Positions 11,986 through 23,317 of a stretch of 64,000 nt of DNA are shown here, piece after piece. Position numbers and translations under genes: made by a program. Positions within the stretch are counted from its first letter, which is position 1, and each line of letters starts with the position of its first letter. The DNA is from Ginglymostoma cirratum. Taxonomy: Eukaryota. Below the pieces are notes generated by a model, which did no database searches, had not been told where the DNA came from, and worked only from the letters and a program-made list of their open reading frames with translations. The stretch is from assembly GCA_024137785.1 (NCBI GenBank), contig JAHRHZ010000282.1, positions 372,001 through 436,000 of the forward strand. The letters are read 5' to 3'.

Positions 11986-12213
11986 GGCTTTTGTACAAAA
12001 TCTGCGAGATGTCTGCATCGTTCTGAGCTCCGTGGCACAGGAATGCACAGTGTTGACTGAGATGCGAACATTGGTGATAGTTAGTTTGATAATCCTGTCA
12101 GTTTTTTTAAGTGTAGAACAAAATCGATGGCTGATGCCGTTGTCCCTGTGCACACCACTCCCAGTAAGCAGAAACATGTACTGTGGAGGCTGCCCAGGCC
12201 ACTGAGCGTACCT
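11986..12213 (-). pseudogene. 5'-truncated V pseudogene with degenerate RSS
   Basis: RYAQWPGQPPQYMFLLTGSGVHRDNGISHRFCSTLKKTDRIIKLTITNVRISVNTVHSCATE; heptamer CAGAACG 12025-12019, 24-nt spacer, nonamer ACAAAAGCC 11994-11986; 5' part replaced by CR1 sequence. Confidence 0.8.
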
Positions 12214-12254
12214 TTAGTCATAAATGTCAGTGCTGCTGGCCTTCAGATTTCTAG

Positions 12255-12965
12255 TTAGCATGATATGTTGTGCACACAGGTATCCCAGACTATATTTGTT
12301 TTGCATTTTTCTTCCGTTTTTATTCATTTAAATAATAACATGTTCTTTTGTTCTTACCAAAATGAAAAGCCATATTTTCCCATATTATACTCCATTTATC
12401 AACATTTTTCCTACTTACTTATCCTATCACTATCTCTCTTAAAATATTTTCATCCTTTTCACAGCTTCACTTCACTCGTATTGATGTCATCTGCAAATCT
12501 GTCTGCTGCACATTTGCTTCCTTCCTTCAAGACATTAATATACGTTGTAAAGGTTTATTGCTGGAGCAGTGCTCCCTGTGGAAACCCACTGGTCACAGGT
12601 CATCAGACTGAAAAAATAACTTTTGTTCCCCTCTCGCTGTTGCCTGCCCTCAGATAATTCTCATTTCTTGCCAATATACTACCTCCAATATCTTGGGATC
12701 TTATCGTATGACTTAGCCTTTTATGAGGTTCCTTGTTGAAACCCAAAACGACACATCTACTGCTTCTCCTCTCTCAAATCTGGTTGAGACGTCTTCAAAA
12801 GAAACTCTTAGATATTAGTCAGACATGATTTTCCTTTAATGAAGTTATGCTGACTCTGTTTGACTAGAATACAGTTGTCCAAATATGCAGCTATCACTTC
12901 CTTAAGTGTTGATTTTGAAACGTTTCCAACAATGGCCTATACTTACCGGCTTTTTGCCTTCCTCC
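12255..12965 (-). mobile_element. CR1-type LINE RT fragment
   Basis: Reverse complement shows VTSGFPQGALL and FADDI RT motifs and a CR1-like K..QHNF.KGKSCLTN block. Confidence 0.75.
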
Positions 12966-13144
12966 CTTTAGAGTCACGAAGGCCATGATAAATTTGCTTT
13001 CACTTTTCCAAAGCTCATGTTTTCATAATAATTCACACCAATCCTGGTGTGTCTTTTCAAAGATTCTTCCATGTGAGAAATCACCAGATCCCTGTTTGGA
13101 ATAATGACATGGCATTCAAAAGAAGTGCATGCAAACTCAGACAC

Positions 13145-13217
13145 AGGCATCACTGGGATTTGAATTAAAGTGCAATTGCTTATTAGACATGTGGTTAGCC
13201 AGCTAAGCCATCAAGCA
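13145..13217 (-). pseudogene. tRNA-Thr(AGT)-derived pseudogene
   Basis: GCTTGATGGCTTAGCTGGCTAACCACATGTCTAATAAGCA..TTCAAATCCCAGTGATGCCT follows vertebrate tRNA-Thr(AGT); anticodon now AAT. Confidence 0.7.
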
Positions 13218-13299
13218 GCAGATCAGGGAGCATCGATATGCCCATTTCCTTAGCCACCTCTTCTCAAGTACTACTTCTTTTTGCTGTTCCAATGTTGTT

Positions 13300-14110
13300 C
13301 AGTGAGAACTTCAACAAGCTTCTATTTTTGCAAAAAATGGACAGTTCAATGCTGAACAGTCTCCACTGAAAGTGCATGGAAAGAGAAAATGTCCTCTTGC
13401 CTTGTTTTAAAGTGATTTTTCATCTGTCAAACGAACGCGATGAAGAGGTGGCATTGATCATCTTGGTGCCCATTAACTGCGTGAACACAAACTGAGGGGA
13501 TATCACAAGAAGAAGCTGGCGATTGTGGTTAATTGATCAGGAGTGATGTGCGATCAAGTGTAAATAATGGGCAACAAAATTTGACCAAATAACACCTCCA
13601 CTGCGCATTACTCAACAGCAAAACACTCACGTCCTGCCTCACGTTTCCAAGTCATTTTGCCTTTCACTTCATTTTACTTCCTTGCTGGTCCTCTGAATTC
13701 GTTCCCGACAGATTGCAGGTTCCCGATTAGAAACTGTAACTTTTAAAATCTGATTCCTGTGATATGGACGGCGCTCACTGAGATAGGATTTATTGTCCAT
13801 TCCGAATTACTCCAGGGATGGAGATGATGTGCTACCTCTTAACCACTTCAACACTGTCACACGTAGGTGCAGCCTGATGCCATTACCGCCAGAATTCTAG
13901 GATTTAGACCTGGCGACAACGAAGGTATAGCGATATACTCCCAACACAGAATGGTGAGTTGCTTGAAGGGTGCCATGCGTGTAAACGTTTTCCCACGTAT
14001 CTGTCGCCATTGTCCTTCTAATTGGAACCAACCTCTCACTGGAGTGAATCTGGCAGATTCAGGACGTAAGCTCTATTTGTAATCAGGAATTCGTTTGCAT
14101 TTGGAAAGTT
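13300..14110. repeat. Segmental duplication, copy 1 (copy 2 about 27940-28700)
   Basis: Shared ATTAACTGCGT.AACACA, ATTGTGGTTAATTGATCAGGAGTGATG, TTATTGTCCAT..C.AATTACT, AGGATTTAGA.C..GC.AC and CA..CAGAATGGTG in the same order. Confidence 0.8.
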
Positions 14111-14600
14111 CACACAGGAGGAAAAAAAAACAAAGTGACAGGCAAGAATTAGTTGCATCACAATCTATTATGACATAACTATTTCAATGAAATTTCATAA
14201 TTTGTTTCAGCTCTATCCCGTGTGTCCTGGAATTTCCTGGAAATCCTGTTCACATTTAAATTCATGTTTCTCTTGTCACATTCCTTGTGCTTTTTCCTGC
14301 TTTCTCCTTAGATTCACTCACTGTTCTTTCAGTTGCTTCTCTTTAGTTCTCAGTCTCCATGGTTCCATATTGCTGTACATGTTTCTCTCACTGGATGGTC
14401 ATCTAAGTCCTTTTCCATTTCATTCTAGTTAATCACCCTGTCTTTTCACACATTTCCACTGTTTTCTTTTGCTACTGTTTGTCTCCTGGTAATGCCATCT
14501 GCTTTTTGTCTGCTGAATCGCTATCAACCTTTCTCCCTATTCGCAGCCCAGATCTCCTGGGATCTCATCACAGATAAAAACAAATATTTAGCCACTTTTT

Positions 14601-14616
14601 CCACCAGATGGCGCGC
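14601..14616 (+). promoter_or_regulatory. CTCF-binding element
   Basis: CCACCAGATGGCGCGC, near-perfect core on plus strand. Confidence 0.7.
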
Positions 14617-16273
14617 TGATCCATTTTATTTATTCGAAGCATGGAAATATTATTGTACGTCTATATCATTGCATTCCAGAATTTAACACGAGTTACACTT
14701 TTAGAAGGAAACGTCAGTTAATATTGAGTAGCCAGCGTAAAGAATTTATGTATATCCGACCTCAGATACATCAGCAGGCCCTAGAAACCTGACATCAGGG
14801 CTTCTGTTTCCAAACTCAAGTACGGTCTTCACTTATTTACAGAATTTGTCTACATACAGGAAGAAAGTCAAGAACCTAATACGCTCAGGTCAAGCTGATA
14901 CTCGGAATGTGCTTCCCACTGCACTGTAATGCCAGTTAAATCGGGTGAGTGGTCAACAACAGACTCGCATCCAATTAATGTACCCAAGCACATCCAGAGG
15001 AGATGATTCTCCTCTCTGGATGGCAGTGGAATTGACCTCAGTACGACCAGAAGTGAAGTGTTCAAACGGTGCCCCACCAGTAATTCACCGGGCAATAGAG
15101 AGCCTTTTTTTGTCTTGGAGAGGTCAAATGAGAAATCTGTCTCCAAGGCAGGTGACATGAGAAAGTGTAAACAATTTGGGTTAATCCAAAGGAAAGGATG
15201 TAAATGTTCCTTCGCGTGAAAATCATCCTTTCGATTGTAAACCCGATTCATTCTCATTAAATCAATTCTTCAGTAGTATCAAAGAACTTCCCGTACTGGA
15301 GACCTCGAAAAAAATTAGAAATTGATGGAGGCAAACTCAGCAGGTCTTGCAACATCTGTGCAAAGAGAGTTGAAGTTTCGAGTCAAGATACCCGTTGTCA
15401 GAACACAACACTGGACTCGAAACTTTCACTGTCTTTTTTTCTATCTCCCCAGTATTATTCCTTATCCGCCATAATCACAAACAGAAAAACGTAATGATTG
15501 AAATTACACCTTCAATACTTTTGATTTTACGTGATATTTTCTGCAGAGAAGTGTTTGCTTTAAAAACAAATTTATTCTACTTTGTACCAACTGTTTGTAG
15601 AGGCTCTTCACACTCTCATTTGAAGCACATGCTTCCATAGGAGACAACATCAATTGAAATCTTGTAACGTAACCATTGTGTGTTCTGATGAACGATTTAG
15701 TTATTATGAATATCAGCAGGTGATTTTGTTCTCACAGAAGAGGTTCCACAGTTTATCGCTTCACATCTGCTGTTCATGAACTGCTATTGCTATCTAATAT
15801 GTAAGTCTTTCCCAAATTCATTCATATAATAGGAGGCACGTAACTAATGGAAATGCATCGCTGAGTTTAAACTATGATAGTCGAATTGTTCACCTTCATC
15901 CCGCACTATCTTCACTGTAGGGAATCCAGAGGATACTGCACAGATATTTTAATGGAAATCTTCGTTCAAGATACAAGCACAATATGAGCTACTGCATTTC
16001 CGTTCCTTCATCCAGCTCTCAGACTGAAATTTTGAGGGGGAAACATTCAGTTTAATTTCTGTACTGGTCCCTGTTCCGTTCACTGTTACCTCTCTTATAT
16101 CAAGCACTGGAGAGGAAACGAGCAGTGAGCTGTTGGATGTCACTTGCTCACAGTGTCAACAATGCACCAATCAGCAGACACTATGGATGTTACTCGAAAT
16201 TGACTCAATTCTCAACTTCAACAATTTCAACTTCTGTTTCCATTGTCCAAATCCGCATTAACCTCTGACAAGC

Positions 16274-16730
16274 GTGTCTGTTATTTTCTATTCATTCTTC
16301 ACATTTGGAGCTCTCATAACTGGTGACTCATTTGAAAATCTAAACACTGTTCCCTATGCAGTCATCAATGATATCGTTTTAAATGTGCGTTCTCCCTATT
16401 TCGTAAACGTTCAGTTGCCAGATGATATTGAGTACTATAGCATGATGATAACAGAATGAAGTTTTGTGCTTCTAAATTTATGCCAGTGTTTTTGGTGCTG
16501 AATCTGTCTCCCAGGAGCCGGTTTCAGACATGATGCTTGAAAAAAAAAGTACAGTGACCATTAGTTACAGTTATTCGATCACAGCCACTCCAAATTCTTT
16601 GCCAATTCATCGTCAGTATCGGGACAAGATCGCAACATTCTTGATCTACATTTCTAATTATGGAGCTGTTATCAGGGCTAAGGGTGTGGAGCCTCGATTT
16701 TCTCCTAATATTGACCGTGTGAGAAGTGAG
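16274..16730 (+). pseudogene. V pseudogene of the Cys23/Trp41-less family, inverted and 3'-truncated
   Basis: Leader (GTG)SVIFYSFFTFGALIT G|gtgact at 16274-16322; V: VFGAESVSQEPVSDMMLEKKSTVTISYSYSITATPNSLPIHRQYRDKIATFLIYISNYGAVIRAKGVEPRFSPNIDRVRSE; no YYC or RSS. Confidence 0.8.
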
Positions 16731-17512
16731 AGGATATACATTGATTACTAGGATGTAACAAACACATTGTAACTGGACAATGTCTCTACATGACTGTTTC
16801 CATCACTTGTGAATAAACGAGCGAGATCTCAGACTGAAATTAAATCCAACAGTGGTGAATTAGTAGGAAGAACACAAGGCAGTTATTAAATTAACCATTT
16901 AATGCATGCTGTATTACCTGTTTCAGCTGTTCATTGCTATTTTTCCCTCTCTGTTTGGATGCTGCCAGTTCAGAGTGACAAGAGAAAGTCTTTCCCTCTT
17001 TTATGCCATGTAGAACTCACAACTCTGCAAACTCAATCTCAGCTCAACAACTGTATTTCTTTCTCTGAAACTACTTATGTCAGGCCACGAAAAGGGCAGC
17101 TCTTTGTTCGGCCGATTTTAGTTCAATCTGTCCGTCAGGTCAGTTCGAACTCAATATTTCTGTCAGATAACTTAGAGCAAAAGTTTGTTTATCAGTTCAG
17201 AGAGAGATTGTGTTGTTTCTACATTCAGTGAGTGATCAAATTATCTCTTCTTTCAGTTTATGACAACCTTTTTTAAAATCTTTTTTTTCTCTAATAAAAA
17301 GAATGCACCATTAATGTCCTTCTTCTCTGCCATCAACATCGGCTTGTGGTTTTCGATATGATCAGACCATGAGACCGAGGTCATCCTCTTGCATGTTTCA
17401 AGGAAGTGACTTCAAATCAAATGCAACCAATGCTGTCAGGTTTTTCTTTTCCAATGTTCTGCAGATTTTTTGGGGCACAGAAATATCACTTTTATCCAGA
17501 AGCAAAAGCGAC

Positions 17513-17911
17513 ATGGCTTTCCTTTCTCTCACTCGTGTGGGTGACTTCCATCGTTGGTAAGGTTGAAACTTTAAAAAGGGGGTTTAATCGCTGTAGGCAT
17601 AAATTAGTGAAACAGAGTCCTCAACTTAGACAACGATCCGAACTGGATTGAAGCACGCTTGGGTTATTGTCTGCAGTTTTAAATTTAATCTCTTCCTTAC
17701 CTAATGAATGAAGCCAAAGTTCGCAGTCAGAAGGTACGTGAGTGTTACTGCTGTAATGAAGGTGTTTTTGCTTAGCTCCCGTTTTCTGAAACAGTCCAGA
17801 CAAGTAGTGCAGACTTCCCATCTCGCAGCTATTGTTGTCTGACTCTGCGGTCTATCACTGTGCAATGAGCCTCACGTTCATGAGAATGCGCAAAAACCTC
17901 ATACAATAACT
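17513..17911 (+). pseudogene. Internally deleted V pseudogene with 23-RSS, inverted
   Basis: Leader-like WLSFLSLVWVTSIV G|gtaagg; 3' end CRLPISQLLLSDSAVYHCAMS; heptamer CACGTTC 17873-17879, 23-nt spacer, nonamer ACAATAACT 17903-17911. Confidence 0.75.
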
Positions 17912-18936
17912 GCAGGTTTCTGGGTCACAGCTGCTGCCTGAAAAGGCCTGCTTGCAGTAGCGGGTCACACACTGAAGCTTCAGTACATTCCTAGGCGGGA
18001 AAGTCCCGAGAGCCATCGACAATATCAGCATTTAAAATTGTTCACAGTAAATGCGGATTCTGATTGATGCATTGTCTATGGAAGGATTGAATTTGTTTCT
18101 GTTCCTTTTGAGACTCGCGGAAAAGTTTCCATTCACTTTCATTAACAATACAAATTCTGCAGTTGGCCTGATACGAAACATTTCTGTGTATCACTGTTTT
18201 GAACAAAAATTGAACAAATAATTTTCCACGTGAAATTCCAGGATTATGGACAGCAACCCACTACTTGAGGAAATCCCTATGATTTGCTGTGACATGATTG
18301 AAGATCTCCCAATATTAAATATGCACATATTAAAGCCGAAGACTCCATAATGTAACAAGGGAAAAAGGGTATATTTTCAGGATACGACGAGAACATAATG
18401 AGCAGTGATATTAATGGTAACAACCTGGCAGGACAGTCTGGGATTTTTTTGGAACATTTGGTCAGATAACTCATTTAATATAAAAGCCCAATTGAAAAAA
18501 AAATCATGCTATCGAATATTAGAATTGCTTTTGGAAAACTGAATTCACCGGATAAGACTATATGTGAATAAAAAGTACATGTTTTTCTTTGTATCATCCC
18601 ACAGTGCTGTCTTGTTGCAGTTATATATTCATTAACGGCTGGAAAACAAAGTCAGTTCAGACATTTTGGCAAGCTATCCTGCCCTAATGCTTTTATTTAT
18701 ATCATGGCATAAATTCCTTAATCACATGCTTGTATCATGTTCAGAATGTATTCGTTTTAATTTAAACAGAGAAATCCTTTCCCAATACTGCACCTATCAC
18801 TCCCTGGCCACGAGTATTTGGATATATTTCAATTCAATGCAGTTCAAGAAAACGTTTCGAAATGTCTTGTTTTCGCTGCAGTTCGCACAGTTCTTGCCCC
18901 TTACCATATCCTGCTCAACTTGGTCCATTATAGCAA

Positions 18937-18975
18937 TGTTTTTGCACAAGGCTCCCTCTGGTTCCTGTTCCTGTG
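18937..18975 (-). other. 23-RSS
   Basis: CACAGGA-23 nt-GCAAAAACA. Confidence 0.85.
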
Positions 18976-19483
18976 TGTCTCAGCACACAGGAATACACAG
19001 CGCTGTCAGACAGTCGTAGGTCACCAGTGGTGAAATTCCCCTCAGGTTTCGAAATGCCCAGAGCTGCACAAAATCGATTTCCCACGCCGTCAGATCTGAG
19101 AACATTTCCGGATTGAAGGATGCATATCAACAGTGTTGGTGATTTACCCAGGTCTTGCAGGTAGAATTGTAAGGAATGTGAAGTAGCTATTTTGATCGAA
19201 TAGCTAAAGTTAATGTTCACCGACTGTCCTTCAAGCTGTTTTGCTGTAGCTGGCTCCTGTGAGATCGAATCTGCGCAATTCACATCGACAGAAAATTAAA
19301 CAGAAACTAAAACTGAGTCTGAAATTACCGTTTTGTTCAATAATGTCATCAAGATAAGAGAACATTTTGCAGCTGAGGTCACTACGTAAATATCATGTAC
19401 AAGGCAAAGTTTTGCGACTTGGTGAACTTACCAGTGAAGAGAACTGCATCTGTGGTTAATGCATAACATGTAACAGCTGACAT
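18976..19483 (-). pseudogene. Open-frame V segment lacking Cys23 and Trp41, with mutated splice acceptor
   Basis: Leader MSAVTCYALTTDAVLFT G|gtaagt 19483-19432; V exon 19285-18976 DVNCADSISQEPATAKQLEGQSVNINFSYSIKIATSHSLQFYLQ..DLRLSDSAVYSCVLR; acceptor reads ctgtCG instead of AG. Confidence 0.85.
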
Positions 19484-20346
19484 GTTTTTAGAATGGATAG
19501 TGGATTTGAACAGAGGTAACTGAAGCTAAATTGTTTCAGCTGAAAGCTGACAGCGTATTTCCACAGAGGGAGCTGAAGCTGAGTTGTTTCAGCTGATATT
19601 GAGTCATATCTAACAACACTGCTGATTGGTTTATTCCTGGTGGTCACTTGGAGACACCTAATCTGCTCACAGACTATTTATCGTCCATTCGGTTACTTCA
19701 GAGATATGTACACAAGAACACAGAACTGGAGCTGGGGGAAGCAACTTGACATGCTGGTGCATTCAATGAAATCATTGAGGATATGCCTCACATCCAACTT
19801 CCTGCATTATTCACAAATCCCTATAGATACGTTATTCTCAATCCAAGTGAAGTAAAGTGAAGAACAGTGCAAGGGTTTCCTTTGTATACAAACTTATAAA
19901 TTCAGCTTTGGCACTTTAACAAGGTTGACCTCTGATTAGTTTCAGTGAGGGATAACACTGAATGCTGTTGCATCTGTGTCATAGTCTTCTACAAAAATAT
20001 CTGCCCAGTGATTATAAACAGTAATCACAGTGAGAATATTTTATTTAGAATGAGACATATTCGAAACCCCGGGATGAAATTCTTTTGACAATGTAGTCTT
20101 TGCACACTTGTGGACAGGTCATTGAGTAAATTCAAGACCGAGATTGATATTTGTGGATATTAAAAACATCAAAAGCTGAGAAGGGAAAGTGGGAATATGG
20201 CGTTGAGGTAGAGGATCAGTCAAATTATATCGCGGAGCAGACTCGAAAGAACGAATACCCAACTTTTATCTGTTTTTGATGATGGCACCAATGAACAATA
20301 TACATCACACACCTGATTCAAGGAAAGGAGTTGAGAGTGTCATGCG

Positions 20347-20825
20347 GATTTTTGTAAAGGCGGATGAAGCGTCTAAATCCGTGCGGAGCTGAACGCACAA
20401 TAATCATTGGCAGAGTCAGATACAAGAGCACAGTTGGCTTTTACAGGAAGCGTTTTCTCTTCTTCATTCAAATTAGTAGAAAACCGATCTGAGAAGTGAG
20501 GAGACTTATCGACATGTTCCTAGTCAAATTTCCTCAGTAAATATTTCAGAGCTTTCCTGGGGCACTGGATGTATCAGAGGGAAGTTGGTACACTGTATTT
20601 TGCCGTTTAACTGCAATTTGATACATCGGTTTGTCCTTTCTGAACGAATCATTCAGGCGGGTCCTGCGAAAAAGAATCTTGACCAATTTGCTTTTGTCAT
20701 AAATAAGTAGAACGTGTCAAAGGTATGCGACCAAATGTAACCAGTGAAACACAGAATGATAATTTTGATTACGTCTCTCTGGATAGCACAACCGTTATTA
20801 TCAATAAAGAAGCCAGGGAGTGCAT
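20347..20825 (-). pseudogene. TCR alpha/delta-type V pseudogene with degenerate 23-RSS
   Basis: Leader MHSLASLLIITVVLSR; V: GQDSFSQDPPE*FVQKGQTDVSNCS*TAKYSVPTSL*YIQCPRKALKYLLRKFD*EHVDKSPHFSDRFSTNLNEEEKTLPVKANCALVSDSANDYCAFS; CGCACGG-23 nt-ACAAAAATC (20385-20347). Confidence 0.85.
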
Positions 20826-21859
20826 TTTATCTGGTTCAGTTATAAACAGCACACTTCTAAAATGTATTGACGCTTCTGGTATTTTACCAGCGACTGAACT
20901 CAGATCAGAGACATCCTTTATTTCCACAGAAATTGACAGCAGATGCTTCATGCTGTGACTGGCTGATGTCTCCAATTTGAGGTCAGCTGTCGAACAATCA
21001 ACGTTTCTTGAGGACTCTCTTCGATCTTCACAGTTCTTTGTGGGCTTATCTGCTTTTGTGCTGCCTCTTCCATGGTTCATCTCTCTTTTACTTCGAACTC
21101 AGTGCCTCTATCTCTAGATAGGGGAATATTTCTGTCTATTTTACATGAAAACCGCAAACAAAATCACAATTAGAGTCTCCACTATTAATCAACCATCAAA
21201 GGAATGTGCACTTATAATATTCATTGCTGCAAGAGTAGCAAGGTTAAAAATAATTCATTCAACTTCGACCTGTATTGTTGTGGGATGGTGATGGTGGTGG
21301 TGTGGGTGTTGGTGGTGGTGGGTGCTTACGAAGGTGGAGTAGTGTAGGGACTGGCAGAAGCAGTCTAAATGAAACTATTCAGCTTTTGTTTTCTGTCACA
21401 CTTCCTCCTCCCTTCACCCTCGAATTTCACAAAATCCCTCTTGCTTTTCTCCATACCTCCGGTAGGTGTGCTCCAGGTGTAGAGAGCTGATAGATGACTG
21501 AATGAGCTGACATTGGGAGGAGAGAGGGATTTGATTGTCAGGCGTGACGTGCTTGAAACTAGTTCCTGGGAGCCATAGTTTCTTTTGCCATGTGAACATA
21601 CCAGGAGATATATATCAGAGGTTTTTATTTGTCTGTGTGTCTGAGAGGGAATGTGAGGTTATTCTTGGAATCTCAATGCCAGTTTTGTTTCTTTAGGTTC
21701 ACTCCCTTCCCTGAAACAGACAGGCTGAACAAAACCCCATTGGAGCAGGGACTGTCCTTCATGGGAGAGAAGGAGAATGAGAAACCATCAAGTGAGCTGA
21801 GTCCCACTGCAATGGCAAATATTAACTTTTTAGTTACTCCATGCCTTTTCTTAACTCAT

Positions 21860-22575
21860 GTTTGTCTACAACCGACGTTCTCCCTTTTCTCTCTGTCCTA
21901 CTCCGTATTTCACTCTTGTGTTGTCCCTTTTTCTCTCTTTCTTTGTGTATTTGCCTCTTTCTCTCACTGTGTCTCCTTCTCTCTTTGTTTCGTTCCTTCT
22001 GTCTCTCTCACTGGCAGCCGCTCCTTTTCTCTCTCTCTCTTGCTATCCTTCTTTCTTTGCTTGTGTCTATCACTGGCTGCCTCTGCTTTAGCCACTTTTG
22101 CATACCGTTTCTCTCCCTGTCCCTCTCTCTTTTTGTCCCTCTCTCTCTGGGTACCTGTCTCTCTTTACACCCATCTTCCTCTTTGCCTCTCTTTTCTCTT
22201 TCCATCTGTTTTTATTTCACCCTGACTTTTCTGCCCGTTTCCTGTCTGTTTTCTGTCTTTTTTCACCTCTACCCTTTCACCCGTCCTTTTTCCCTTCTGT
22301 CCTTTTCCACTCTGCCCTTTCCACCCTGCCCTTCCTTTCCTGCCCCTTTTTTTCCCATCGGACCTTTTGTCCCCTCTACCTTTCACCCCTCTTCCTTTTT
22401 TCCCTCCTGGCCATTTTGGTCCCCGTTGCCCTTTCCCCCTTCTGCTCTTTTCTGCCTCTGTGTGCATCCTCTCTCTGTTCTTTCCCCTGCCCATTTCCTC
22501 CCTGCCATTTTGCTCTACTCTGCACTTGTTTCCGCTCTGTAATTTTTTTCCTTTGGTTCTCTTTTCTGCACCCGC
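21860..22575. repeat. Polypyrimidine (C/T-rich) low-complexity tract
   Basis: About 700 nt dominated by C and T on the plus strand. Confidence 0.9.
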
Positions 22576-22854
22576 CCAATTGTGCATCACTCCCCAATTT
22601 GCAGATCCCAAATTTTGCAGCCCGATGAAATAGTAGTGTAATAGTTTGGGACATCATGAAAGTTGTGAAACAAATAATTTGGTTTTCATTCGATAGCTTG
22701 ACGGTATTCGTTTATTTCAATACTATATTTATAATGGTAAAAATGCGCATTGAATTGAAAAGTGTCGGATATCACTGCGACTTCGGGAACCATTTCAGAT
22801 CTTACCCTGATATATTGTTCGCCTGACGACTGTCACATTCAGTGTCGCTCTGAT

Positions 22855-22893
22855 ACTTTCTGTACAGGGTCCGCCCAGTTTTGAGTCCCAGTG
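22855..22893 (-). other. 23-RSS (degenerate)
   Basis: CACTGGG-23 nt-ACAGAAAGT. Confidence 0.8.
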
Positions 22894-23317
22894 GGTCTCA
22901 GAGTGCAGGAATACACTGCGGGGTCTATCAGCTCTGTCTTAAGTACAATCAGAAGGATATTACGATTCATTTGATCCATCTCCGAGGGTCGCCGGTCTCC
23001 TGGAAATCTCTGTGTGTTCCCACCATATTTGCTTCTCTGTAGCAGATTCTCCACGGATCCTCTGGGGTTCTGACGGTACCAGAACGAATAAGGATTACTG
23101 TCTGTTGTGGTGTAATTGCATAACAATTGGACATCATCTCCCTCATTTACTTTGTTGTTAGCTGTTGTCTGTGAAACGGAATCTCCTCGAGACTGTCCAG
23201 TAAGACTCAGCAGTAACAGTAAATTACATAAAACACATATTCTTAGCGCCCACAATTGGCCCGTCACCTGGAACAATAGCCTGCTAAATATGGCAATGAA
23301 ATTAAATGTGGACGCAT
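22894..23317 (-). pseudogene. Open-frame TCR alpha/delta-type V with abnormal leader and acceptor
   Basis: V: GQSRGDSVSQTTANNKVNEGDDVQLLCNYTTTDSNPYSFWYRQNPRGSVENLLQRSKY..LKTELIDPAVYSCTLRP; leader exon 23317-23268 is 50 nt (phase 2) and the canonical acceptor position reads TG. Confidence 0.8.

Noticed and set aside
14843-15160. Possible plus-strand V relic (SQEP..LHCNAS..FTG)
   Set aside because: Needs many frameshifts and lacks WYxQ, YYC and RSS; indistinguishable from chance by eye
21629-22657. Long overlapping ORFs (198, 233, 176 and 148 aa)
   Set aside because: Artefacts of the C/T low-complexity tract, which lacks stop codons
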